This document shows, in pieces, positions 14,546 through 25,159 of a stretch of DNA of 64,000 bases. The position numbers were made by a program, and so were the translations under genes. Source of the stretch: Catajapyx aquilonaris. Lineage: Eukaryota. The stretch spans positions 62,001 through 126,000 of the forward strand of contig KZ538055.1 in the NCBI GenBank assembly GCA_000934665.2. Reading direction: 5' to 3'. Each line of letters begins with the position of its first letter. Within the stretch, counting starts at the first letter, position 1. The notes under the pieces were generated by a model. That model had not been told where the DNA came from. It saw only the letters and a list, made by a program, of their open reading frames with translations, and ran no database searches.

Positions 14546-15353
14546 GGCAGTGTTAGAAAATGTAATACGGAAAATGCGCGCCGCAATATCCGGATATGTT
14601 AGCGAAATAAATTCTCGAACCGGAAATATGAATTTGATTGATTTGATTTTAATTGGCGCCCGATGCAGTCCGTGACACGCGAACCGGAAAATTAAGTAGC
14701 CGTTAATTCAGGCGTGACTCTATTTGGGCATAGAAACGCCATAGATATACGCAGATAGAGCTGTGTGCAGCACGAGCATTTAGTGTTGGCGCAACTACTG
14801 CTGTCACGCATATTTTTTTATTATCTCAATTTACCAATTTTCGCTTTTATCATTAATCAACGGGGTCGGCCAAATTCATGACATTTTATGTGCCGGGGTT
14901 ACACTTTTACCTGGGCGTACACGCAACGTATTCAATTACTGTGACATGCACGCAGCAGACTACCAGGCCGCAGGGAGCGTAACAGACAATGCACTGTATA
15001 CAGGGTGCAAGTACAGGCGGTGCAGTAATACCGCACCGGTTCCAGTACATGAATTAGTCCTGTTTCCAGTCGTGTCCTGCACAATCACTTTTTGTTCACT
15101 CCAGTGTCCCGAAGTGTGTTTCTTTTTTTTTTCGAGGGCAAAGTTTTTGATGCGGGACGAGGTCACATCCAACCTGGTTCTCCAGCCAACCTGGTTCGCA
15201 ATATCTACAAAAAAAAATATGTGCAGAATATAATGAACTTCTTTCTCTTTCATTCGCTGATGCATCAGTGTGTGTGTGTGAGAGAACGTGTATGACGTAT
15301 CGTCATCAGACGGATTCGCGCCGACGGAAAACGAGCACAGAGAATGAGGCTAA

Positions 15354-15748
15354 TGGGTCTGTCACACAGGCGTTCCGTTCGCTCGCCCCGAAAAATGTCG
15401 CTGCGATCGCTGTGCCCAAACTTGTCAGACATGCGCTGACTCGGTCGTAGGGTTTAGCAGGAGAAGTGAAAGGCGACCTCGCCTCGGGGGACAAGTGGGT
15501 CATGATGGCAGGGGTGGTTGGGGTGGGCAGCTGGGGGGAAAAGGGTCTCGGCCAATCGGAGCCCGACGAGCCGCTGGAGGAGAACGCAGCGAGAGGGTCC
15601 TGCCTCGCTGCGTCATTCCCAAAATCCCCCAATTTCCTCGACTGACGAGGCCCCCAGGGCACAGCGGAGCGCAACGCTCGCCAGTGTGACCCATGCGCGC
15701 GAAGCGAGCGGGGCGACGAGCGAACGGAACGCCTGTCTGACAGACCCA
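15354..15748. mobile_element. 395-bp non-autonomous DNA transposon (MITE), PIF/Harbinger (Tourist)-like
   Basis: ~37-bp TIRs: left TGGGTCTGTCACACAGGCGTTCCGTTCGCTCGCCCCG; right (reverse complement) TGGGTCTGTCAGACAGGCGTTCCGTTCGCTCGTCGCCCCG. TAA flanks both ends (15351-15353, 15749-15751). A 3-bp TAA/TTA TSD is the known PIF/Harbinger signature. GC-rich interior with no transposase. Confidence 0.85.
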
Positions 15749-17302
15749 TAAGACAAAGAGTCGGTGGTAATGAAATGGAGTGTAGTCCGCTGGAAAAGAA
15801 GAACGAATCCAACCAAGCCAAGGGAACGGACGGAATCGTTTTGTCCCTATCCCTTCCGGAAGAGCTCCAGGGGTCATCCGCTGACCTCGTTTCACACACA
15901 CATGCATACACGGGTGATGAACTTTCCCGGGGAAGAAATATTTGCAAGTTTCTTGGTGTAAGGGCGTGGCATATTCGCATTCATCGGAGGAATGCCATTC
16001 GTAAGATTTGAATGGATTTGGCTGAAAGTGTGATTTTTCGAGTAAGAAAGTCCTACAACATACAATACACCTCAAGTCGTTGACGTTGCTATGTACAGTA
16101 CTACCTGTGAGAAATATGAACACATTTTCCTAAGAACACTGTGCACATATTTGCAGAAATCTGGATTGTTAGCCCCTTTAATTATAAATCCAGTGCACAC
16201 CTAATCAAGGCGTAACATTCATTGCGGTACCATGTGTTCATTTAATCACGTCGACCGGTATATTATAAACTCTGTTCTGTTTCGCGAACTATTAATATTT
16301 AACATTTTGCTATTCATTTTACGGGTGCAATTAGGATTGCCAAATATTCGACTGGAAACTCTATAGCATATTCATTTCATCAATATTGCAGTAGAATGCC
16401 ATAACCGGGAAATTATGTAGACTACAAATGCCATGGCAGTCTACAATCATAATTTCCCAGTAGGCTACATATTAATTTGCAATAATTGAAGTAAGGAATT
16501 CCATGCCGCACTGTACTGTCGCACTGCGCCCGGCAACATTGCGACAACAAGAAATAACATGTAACAAAACCGACAGATTTCCTATAGCAGCTGACTTGTT
16601 GCATCATCACCTGATAAACCCCCACGTGTATGGTTGTGGTCCCGAAATGAAGCATTATATTTCGTGCATATTTCAATGCACAAATGATATGCAAAAAATG
16701 TGGATAATCTGTAGGCAGGAATGTAATTAAGGACCATTTAATTATTATAGTCATGTGAAGGACGGGGGTGGCTGTATATGGAGAGATTGGCAGGTGCGAA
16801 AGTGAATCGGGCGATGCATGTTTGTGTTATTTCTCCCGAACGGCATAAAAATGTGTGTGGACCTGGTGCATGTGTCCGAGCCTCCTTGGTCTCAAGTCCA
16901 TCAGCCAACCGGCTCTCCCGGTCAAACTAGGCCCTTCCGCTTCGCCTTGGCATGCGAACCCGGAGATAGAGTGCTTGCTCCTCCTAAGCAACTTCTTTGC
17001 CCTTCCCCCCCTCCCACCCACCCACCCCCAAATGTGTGTCCTACCTCCTAACCTAAACCGGGGTAGGTCCCAGCCAAGGTTAGTGACGTGCTGGGTCTCC
17101 CCCGTCGTCTCCTCTCTACACGAAAAGAAAAGAGTGAGTGTGCCTATGTGGGACACACTGGGGAAGATGAGCGGAGGTGCTGCAGCCTGGCGGTGACCTG
17201 GGCCGGCAGCCAACTTTACACGCCGCTAAAAAGGCCCCGGATCGCGAATTTAGTAGCCCAGAACACCCCGTCACCTCACCTCCGGCCAGCAGGTGGGTCA
17301 GG

Positions 17303-17309
17303 TATAAAA
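17303..17309 (+). promoter_or_regulatory. TATA box of the Gly/His-rich protein gene
   Basis: TATAAAA in a GC-rich context ~220 bp upstream of ATG 17527, with an Inr-like GAGTT about 30 nt downstream. Possible 63-nt 5'-UTR intron at 17455-17517 (AAG|GTGCGT ... TTTTTTAG). Confidence 0.65.
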
Positions 17310-17526
17310 CGGTTCAAGGTACGAAATGGCACGGAGAGTTGAACAAACTTTTGCGCAGGTCGCATCATTCTCTCTCTCTCTCTGTCTGTCTGTCTCTCGC
17401 CGGATTGCTACACACGGTACGGATTAATATTATTATTTATATACCGACGACAAGGTGCGTGGACGCGTCGTGGTGTACAGTGCGTGTTACAGCAGAAGAA
17501 ACTTGCTCATTTTTTAGGTGTCTGAG

Positions 17527-19437
17527 ATGACGAAGGTGCTTGCGATCGGTACCCTCCTGTTCCTGGCGGCGTCCTCAGGGGCGACGGACCAATTGCCAAA
17601 GGACGTCCATGCACTTGTAAGTACCGGTTGGGTGGTGTACCGGCTTGGATCATAAATGTGTATGTGTTGTGTCTTGCTTTCTGCAGAGCAAGTCGGATGA
17701 GACGGCGCGGCATCCTTCCTACTCGGGGTACAGTAGTGGAGGCGGCGGAGGAGGGTACGGCGGCGGTGGCGGCGGCGGCGGGTACGCAGGAGGCGGCGGC
17801 GGCGGTGGCGGAGGGTACGGAGGGAATTACGCAGGCAGCGGAGGACATGAGACATACTCCAGCGGAGGTGGAGGGTACGCCACGGCCAGTTACGGCGGCG
17901 GCGGCGGAGGAGACATGACCACGGGGCTGCTCGTCGCCCTCGGAGCCATCATCGTACTCCTCTCGTTGGCGTCAGGTACGTAACGCAGCAAGCGCAACGC
18001 AGCATGCGCCAGACGCAGTCTCAACACTGGTTTTTTTTTGAACGCCCCCTGTACACTAGACACGAGACGATCATTTTCTGAACGCCCCTCGTACATTACG
18101 TTTTCATTTCATTTAATATTTAATTCAATTTAATTTCTATTTACACTACATTAATCATTCAGTTCTGTATTTACATATGATTTGTTACACATTTTTCTAT
18201 TTTATGCCCCGTACCATTTAGATTTTTAAGTGGAATACAAAGTAGCCAACTGTGCAGTAACTACAGCGCTGTATAACTTACTGAACATGATGAGTTTAAA
18301 AGTAACAACGCTGTTGTGGGTTTAAGCCAATGCAAACAGCAAGGAAGTCGAAGGAAGTCTGTTGCCTCGTACGCGAGAGTGAGTTACCGGCCCGCTCTTA
18401 ATTTTCTGCCCTGTTAAGTGTAAACTGCTAAATATTTATAATATGGTAGTCTTTCCTCCAGAGTCGTGGAAGCACTGTTAGGATCTCATGCTGATTTTGT
18501 TGACTGTGGACAAACATGCGCACGTTTTGAGCCTAAAATATGTTACTCGAGGCTTACTGCGCTTATGTAACAAGCCGCAAAAACAATTTGACAGCCAACC
18601 GAAATTGGATTTTTTTTGTGTAAACATCCCATTACATCTTGCTTAACAAGAAAAGTTGTGGATCGTTTTGTTGGAGTATTTTTAGCTTGCCTACAATTGC
18701 AGGTTTGGTTTCAACTACTCTTTGCGTCAGATTCAGACACACAAATGCACTAGAATTACCGCGTCTATCCGCAACGTTAATTGAATCGGGCGGTGCCTAC
18801 AGCTCTGGCGGAATCAAAAATTCGACGTTAATTCCTAGGTGCGGAGGGATAATCCTTGACACGATGTAATCACTCCATGTATACCGTACATGCAAGATTA
18901 TGCATCTAAATATTTAACTGTTAGTTAATTGGAAGGGGGGTCGGGTTCCAACTGCAATCAAAATAATTTTTTTCCGTGTAACCAGCGATGTTTCTCACGT
19001 CCTTGCAACATGCACTTGTCAGCAGCAAACAGTCTGGAAGATTTCCAGATTCAGGAAGTTGATAAAATGTCGAGTGTTGCTGTTCAAACGGGAGTTGTTT
19101 ATCTCGCATTCATTTTCTACTTCACGCAATTACCAAGTTCAAGGTAACGTAACGGTTTAGCGGTAACTCTTCCAGTAATGTAACCGCAACACACACACAC
19201 ACACGATATTGATTGCATAATATTTTCTCTTTCTATTTTTCAGTTGCTTTCCCACTGTTTGCGTCCAAGGGCCATGGCGGTGGAGGTCACGGTCACGGCC
19301 ACGAAGGGGGAGGAGGTCACGGCGGAGGTCACGGCAAGGGTCACTCGTACAGGAGTTACAACATCGCCAGCGTCGCCGAGAAGGTTCTAAACGCCATCGA
19401 AACCGCCTACGAGACATACTCGCAGCACAAAAATTAA
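17527..19437 (+). CDS. Gly/Tyr-rich and Gly/His-rich single-pass membrane or secreted protein, 190 aa; coding exons 17527-17616, 17687-17975, 19244-19437
   Basis: Exon 1 MTKVLAIGTLLFLAASSGATDQLPKDVHAL (signal-peptide-like) ends at GTAAGT (phase 0). A 70-nt intron ends TTTCTGCAG. Exon 2 SKSDETARHPSYSGYSSGGGG...GDMTTGLLVALGAIIVLLSLAS ends G|GTACGT (phase 1). Acceptor TTTTTCAG at 19243 gives VAFPLFASKGHGGGGHGHGHEGGGGHGGGHGKGHSYRSYNIASVAEKVLNAIETAYETYSQHKN*. Phases are consistent; total 573 nt. Confidence 0.9.
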
Positions 19438-20324
19438 AGCTAAAAAAATTCCTTTACCGGTAAGTACAACACGTGTTGCTCCAAATGTTATCAATTTTTA
19501 TGTCGCCTAGAGGTCACCACAACCTTGACCTCTTCCAAAAAACCGGGTCCTTTTTTTATATATAAAAAATCCTCGCGGCCCGTTAGATTCGTCTTGAATT
19601 TCGCTCACGTTGTTTCTTCTTCCTAACTGCTAACGGCTGTTTAGCGAGGTCCTTAACCTGGATCCGGTTCGCTCCAGCACCAAAAAGTGGGGCAATAATC
19701 ACCCACATGTAATGTAACGCCCATTATATATTTTTTTCTTTCTTTTCTCGTTTCGTTTTTCAGAAATGGCAGGTGAACCGGATTTTCATCCCCCCCTCCC
19801 TCTCCCCATCACACAAAAATTCCAAACCCTCCTCCTCCCCAACTCGACCTCCAGACATCCTCATCGTGACCTCGATTTTCTTCATATGACCACCGTGCCA
19901 CCCCCAAGTCAAAGCACTGGATTTAAAAAAAAAATGTGTCGCTAGGACTGGGACCAAACAACTGGAGAATCTAATTTTATTTATGGATGGACAGCATGCT
20001 GCTGGACTTTGTGAGATGGAAGACACTCGATGTATTTTTTTTTTTGCGGAATGCGATAATTTTTTGTGATTGATGCTGATGTGTGCAAGACTGATTTGTG
20101 TTCAGCATCGCACCCGTACGCACACGCACGCACACGCACCCAACACATAAACACACACGCATTTACATCCTGCACTCCATATTGGAACGTATTTTGTATA
20201 ATTTTTAAACCCTCCCTCCCACACCCGGTGGTTTGGACCAAGTGCTAACGACTCAAATCACATTCTATTTACTTGTACAGCCGTCGTAATTTATTTGCCC
20301 TCCATTTTAATTTTATTTTGTTGT

Positions 20325-20330
20325 AATAAA
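20325..20330 (+). terminator. Probable polyadenylation signal of the Gly/His-rich gene
   Basis: AATAAA after a U-rich tract, with a GT-rich stretch (GTGCGTGTGTGTG) ~25 nt downstream, at the end of the putative last 3'-UTR exon starting 19764. Confidence 0.55.
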
Positions 20331-21090
20331 AAAAATTTGCTCAATCCTTTCTGATGTGCGTGTGTGTGTTCCAACCCCGAAAAGAAGAAGATAAAAGTGA
20401 AAAAAAAATTGTACCTCAGGAAATAAAATGTTGTCTGACTTTTATCGAGCATAATTATCCGAATCATCTCCTTCCTTTGGGCTGTAGGACACGCACTTTG
20501 ACCTCGATTAATATATTAGCTAATTTGCATAAGAGCACGACACTCGAAGGGTTTTGGACGCCCCCATTTTTTTGTGCCTGTTAAATACCGTACGATCCGA
20601 CCTGAGTTACAACCTCATCTCACCCTTGACAAAAAAAAGGGTTTGAAGGAATGGAGGAGGGCACCCATGTGGGTCACCTCCCCCTGACTGTACCCCAGCC
20701 TACTTGCTCCCTGGGCATTAGAAACTAGGGCTCGTCAGGTCAGCTCTCTCAACGCTTCCGCCTTCTAGTCAAGGTGAGGTCATATAACAAACCTGTAGGT
20801 AAAAATTTATTGGAGCTTCGTTTTTAGGCTGATTGGCAGTTCAGGCTCGCAGAAATACGCAGTGAAAATGCCATATCGGATGTAAATGTCAGGAGAAGCA
20901 ATTTCGTTGGGAGGAAGGGGGGGGGGTTAAAATATGCGATTGCTTGGCACTGAAACGGGATTACATGTGTAATGGATACGTCTATATATTTATTTAAAAA
21001 GGAGGTGGTATGTGCATGGAGTTTGGGTGTAAATTTTGCCTAATGGCGAACACTTGTCAGGACCAGATACTGTGTTCAGGGTCTGCACTG

Positions 21091-21240
21091 TACAGGGTGA
21101 CTCGGAAGTTGATTTTATCGAAAATTAACGCTCATTAGGTATAGTATTATTTGGATCGAGTGGAATGGCCGGCACCAAAATTGGCGTGCAATTATCTTAA
21201 TGGAGCCAACTCTAAGTCCGATTGCATTGCCCTGTAGATA
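21091..21240. mobile_element. Solo Tc1/mariner-type terminus (TA-CAGGGTG...)
   Basis: TACAGGGTGACTCGGAAG matches the terminus motif of the 32542 element; no partner end found and the right boundary is arbitrary. Similar solo ends (CACCCTG-TA) at ~11737-11745 and 52333-52341. Confidence 0.4.
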
Positions 21241-23564
21241 GCACTCGAGGTAATGAATTGGGGAGTTCTAATTACTCGTTTGCATGTGTTAGGCCGTTTG
21301 GTATGTCGCTAAATTGGCGTTCGACTTTTTGCTGAAAGACACTTGATCAGCAGAGGTGCATTTTGCAGCTCGGTTTCTGATTGATGAATCGGAACAAAAA
21401 TGTTGACCCATCCGAATGGACATGGGTCTGGTTGGTTCACGGATTTAGCCAGAGCGAGCTTGCAAATCCAGCGGGGATTTGCAAAAACGACAGCAATTTG
21501 TGGTGGGAGAATGCCACATTTTGCTCTGTAGGAAGATTGCGTTCCCTTATTATCCGCAGTTTGTCAAAGATAAAAACTTATTGTGATACGTATATATGTC
21601 TAGGAAAATTCGCCAAAATTACAAACTGCTGACAAAATTTCGACAGGCCAAATGAATGTCCAGACAGTTTCTATTATTAGGAAAGTTATGATGATCCTTT
21701 ACTATGTGTAATAATACAGATATGGGTCACCGTAATATGTTACAACGTTGGCAGGCATCCAGTGGGAAGCTTAATATAATTTTTTTTTCATTTTTGCGGA
21801 CCATGTTTGCGGTTTGGCTTTTAACTTGATCATCCTGAATGACAGACAACCATCCATGCATGAGTAACCGCAGTCATATTTTAAAGACCTAAAGTGACAC
21901 CAAAGTGCGACACTTGGGGAGGTGTTCGAAGCGTGGCTTTCACATGGGGGCGTGATAGTTTATGCAGCAACTCCTGCGGCGAGTAAAAATTTAATCCCAA
22001 CACCCAAAAGCAATTAGGGAGTGTGGCCCAGGCAGCCCAATCGATAGGCACTCATGTGTGCTGTACCCATATAAACAGTATGGTCCCCATTGCTCTTCGA
22101 GATTTTTGATTAAAAAATAGAGAGAGGCGCATTTTTAAAACCGGAAGGAGAGGATGGCGGGATGGGGGGACATAAAATAGGCGTTTTCTAGGTGTTAACC
22201 AAGTTAGCAGAGTGCGTTGGGCGGACGGGGCGGGTCAAATGCACCTCGGGATGTAATTATTCCATAAACCGAACCATTATTATGGCACACCAGACACACG
22301 GGGAAAGGGGAAGTAGGGCTTAATTTGAGAAGAGGATTAAAGAGCCTACTTATCCATGTTTATCGCGTGCAGCACACTACTATTTTGTGAGGTGAAGCTT
22401 GCCCTGATAGAGTAATTCATCAGGAGCGATGGTCTTAGTTTGTGATAACGCTGTTGTGTTTTTATGTTGTATGCAGAGCACTAATTAGTTTATCAAACTT
22501 GCGGCTGTGGTGCGTAAAACGACGCAATTCATGCTTCGGCGTAATGAGCAATGTTGGTTGCCCGCACTAAGGATAGGATGTCACATAAAAAATGATTGAC
22601 GTTTGTCCTAACCGAACCGGTATATTTTTTCTAAACTTTAACGTCTGTCACAAGAATTAATCAGCAATTTATTGTATACATTATTGCAAATAAATGGTTT
22701 AATGCGGAAACAATGCTCACTAACTAGTTTTCCATTTAATTATCTGTTTGATGTGGTACTTACTCGAACTCCTATTTTAGTTCATTGAGCCATGATGTCG
22801 GTTACATGATTAGTGATTGTATTAGTAATTAATTATCACCACATTTGTAACTATTACAATGAAATGTTTGGCAAATGGTGCCGGATAGTTGATTTCATAC
22901 CGGTATGTACAGTAGTACCGTACAGTACGTGCTTTATTAATTCACGCTTTAGTGCGCAATGGGAAGTGTTGATTGCCTGCATTCAAGGATAAAATGACTG
23001 TGAGGGAACTGATGTTTTGCTAGACATTTGAATCAGTCCCGTTTGTAACGTCTCATTTACGTATAACAGTTACAGCAGCTGATGTGTCTTGAGGGACATT
23101 CCCACAGGAACATCTTTCTAGTACAAAAAGTCGATCACTTGTCACATGCGCTATGGATTGTCACAATACGTGTCCTTTTCGCTAAATATCTGACTGGCAG
23201 ATGGCCTATGCCCTGGCACTCGACACCGTTAAGCGGATTTTCCTTATTCTGCATGCCAGTACAGTACATCTCCCTTTGCTGGCACGAGAGATGCATCTGA
23301 TCCAAACCCTCGACCTACTTGCCACCAGTCACGTACGTATACTGCATGCACGCCTCATTACCATACTGACTGATGCATACAATTGCACTTTTTGAGGAAC
23401 CATGACTCAGCGTTCTTCCAAACTCTTCGTTCTGCTGTCATTGCCTCAATACATTCCATTCTCCCGAGAGACTCGTGGCAACCATCAAATATATCTGTGA
23501 GCACCCTGTACTTGGGGAGATGGGTGTGTGTGTGTGTAGATAGTGTTCGTGCAGTGCCCCGCCC

Positions 23565-23772
23565 CGCCCTGCCCTGGCCCGGCATGCAACTGGGTCGACC
23601 GCAAATCACTATTATTTACCCCGGAACCAATTCCACTACCCGTCTCTAGTCATCACTAAACTCTTTTCATGGAAAATGACTTGGGCCCTGCTGGCATATA
23701 CAGACCACTTTCTCTCCCTCGACTTCTTCTTCTTCTTCTTCCGATGTGGGACAGACGGTCTTATCTCTCTTG

Positions 23773-23803
<31 letters not shown>

Positions 23804-23991
23804 GTGATTAACTAAGTGGGTGGGTGGGTGAGTGGGTGGGGTGGGGGGAGAGAAAACGACACCTGTTGGACATCCCTGGCAGCAAGAACAGTCAGGTTGG
23901 CAGTGACCGCCAGAAGCAGCAGTTCGGTGGAGAAATTTCGCAAAGGCGGAAGCTTCTGGTACAGATGCAGAGTCATGTGCAGATGCAGAGG
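23565..23991 (+). promoter_or_regulatory. Putative core promoter and non-coding first exon of the DM4/DM12-like gene
   Basis: GC-box-like CCCCGCCCCGCCC (~23567), TATTTA (~23613), Inr-like TCTAGTC (~23645), (CT)14 at 23773-23800, and a strong donor G|GTGAGT at 23992 that could join the pyrimidine-rich acceptor ...CCTACCAG at 24953. Confidence 0.4.
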
Positions 23992-25159
23992 GTGAGTACA
24001 CTTCAAGCACACTGTTGAACTGTACTCATGGAGACGAGTGGTCGACCTTCAGAGAAAAAAAACTTGAAAATCTTCAATTGGCATAATTATCATTAGAGAC
24101 TTTACTTATCATCCTCACAACTGGAACATACTATAAAAGGTCGTCGGATCGAGACAGTGCGAACGCACCTGAATCATGTGCTATAATTGTTCCTTGTTAC
24201 GTAAAATGTGGTCGGCAGCAGCAGCAGGTGGAGGGGGTCTATAAAGGGTGGTCATGCATTCAGTGTAAATATCACGAGTGCACGAACTTTGCAATGTTAT
24301 ACCTTCGTGCGCGAATTCAGTTTCGAATGGAATCGATGTTTCCCCCCCTGGCAAAGTCTTGGTGTGGGTGGGAGATAATGGGGGGAGGGGGGGGGGAGGG
24401 AGGGAAAGGATAAATTTAGAGAGAAGATCCTTTCCACTAATTAGCGCAAAGCAGTGTTTGTTTGGATTGCTCAAGGAAGAAACCTACTAAACTTGAAGTG
24501 CTGTGTCCACACGTGCTAGGCGAAGTGACAATTTACGAGGTGGTCTGCATTAGTGAGTCGCGGTCGAGACGCAGTGGTTATTTCATGAGTTTGGTGCCAA
24601 CCTGGAGGTCAGTTCACTCAACCTAATTACCATTGTATAACCAAAGTGCACTGCATGAGTTACTAATAACTACACAATAAATGGACCGCATAAATTCATT
24701 TCATACAATGAATATATCAATCCGATTGCTTGTTGACATTTCAATGAAATTATTTTAAATAAATTAGCCTACTGCAATCAATACTGCTCATCAGTATTGA
24801 ATCGCTTTATTATGACAGGAACACCGCTTATGGCACGCATTGTTTTAGGCGTGAGTGTGACAAATAGACGCGTCCAAACTAGTCGCGTCTCGACAACGTC
24901 TTCTTTTATTAAAAGCACCTATTGATTTTCTTTTCTCCTTCTCCGCCTACCAGATTCGTTTGTGACGACTTGAACTTTGTACCTTTGACATGACGATCCT
25001 CTCTCGACTGTGTGAGAGCGGTCTTCTCCTAAAACCTGGGCCCTGTTTGTAAATCCCAGTGGAAATTTCCAGCTCCATCAGCTGAGGTGGATCTCTGCCG
25101 CTAATTAGCCCCAGCAGTAGAAGTGTCTTATTCCTGTGCTGCCTGCGGACTGGAGCTGA

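Noticed and set aside
15306..16123. Long ORFs of 224 aa and 207 aa on the minus strand
   Set aside because: They overlap the GC-rich MITE, show no domain-like sequence and are open in several frames because stops are scarce.
17507..17918. Ala-rich and Arg-rich ORFs overlapping the Gly-rich exon
   Set aside because: Alternative-frame and antisense shadows of GGC repeats; only the Gly frame fits the splice phases.
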